64,000 bases of DNA from the human T2T-CHM13v2.0 reference genome, Homo sapiens. The stretch lies in assembly GCF_009914755.1 (NCBI RefSeq), contig NC_060926.1; one strand, written 5' to 3'. The first letter of the stretch is position 1. Each line of letters starts with the position of its first letter. A model generated the notes under the pieces. That model did no database searches. It had not been told where the DNA came from and saw only the letters and a program-made list of their open reading frames with translations. This document shows positions 63,810 through 64,000 of this stretch, piece by piece. A program made the translations under genes and the position numbers.

Positions 63810-64000
63810 AGCAGCATGCAGATGAGGCGAAACTTGTTTGCTTGCTTTGGTGGGAGAAGTTGTCATTTTAAAGATGCAGGTGCTTCTCTAACAGGAAAAG
63901 CAAAGCACATTCCCTTTATCCGGGCAGAACCCCAGAGCTGGCCTCCATAGCTATGCACCTGGGAACAGGCATCTTGTGTTGATGAAGGCTGTCCCTGGAA

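Overview
Human (primate) genomic DNA, Alu/MIR/L1-rich, with no protein-coding gene. Bases 1-~60 read on the minus strand as ...GCCCCTCCCCCGGCCGTGTCCCGGCCGGAACCGATCGTGGCTGGTTTGAG, which I recognise from memory (not verified by search) as the proximal promoter of ODC1 (ornithine decarboxylase, chr2p25.1). The ODC1 TATA box and TSS would lie about 30-65 bp left of the window and the gene runs away leftwards. The window is therefore the ODC1 CpG-island promoter plus ~63 kb of upstream intergenic DNA. It contains probable exons of a divergent lncRNA (ODC1-DT), ~30 Alus, MIR/L2/L1M fragments, MLT1/MLT2/MER21 LTRs, MER3/5/20/94 DNA transposons, a 29-bp minisatellite, a ~720-bp pyrimidine tract and a probable 3'UTR retrocopy. 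All supplied ORFs look spurious or repeat-derived. I found no convincing new biological system. The best leads are an old ~370-bp inverted duplication around a motif-rich spacer, a 290-bp higher-order structure in the 29-bp VNTR, an unusually intact amniote-age SINE, an E-box cluster ~5 kb upstream of this MYC target, and several DNA-repair or rearrangement scars. Repeat coordinates are approximate and subfamily calls are by eye.
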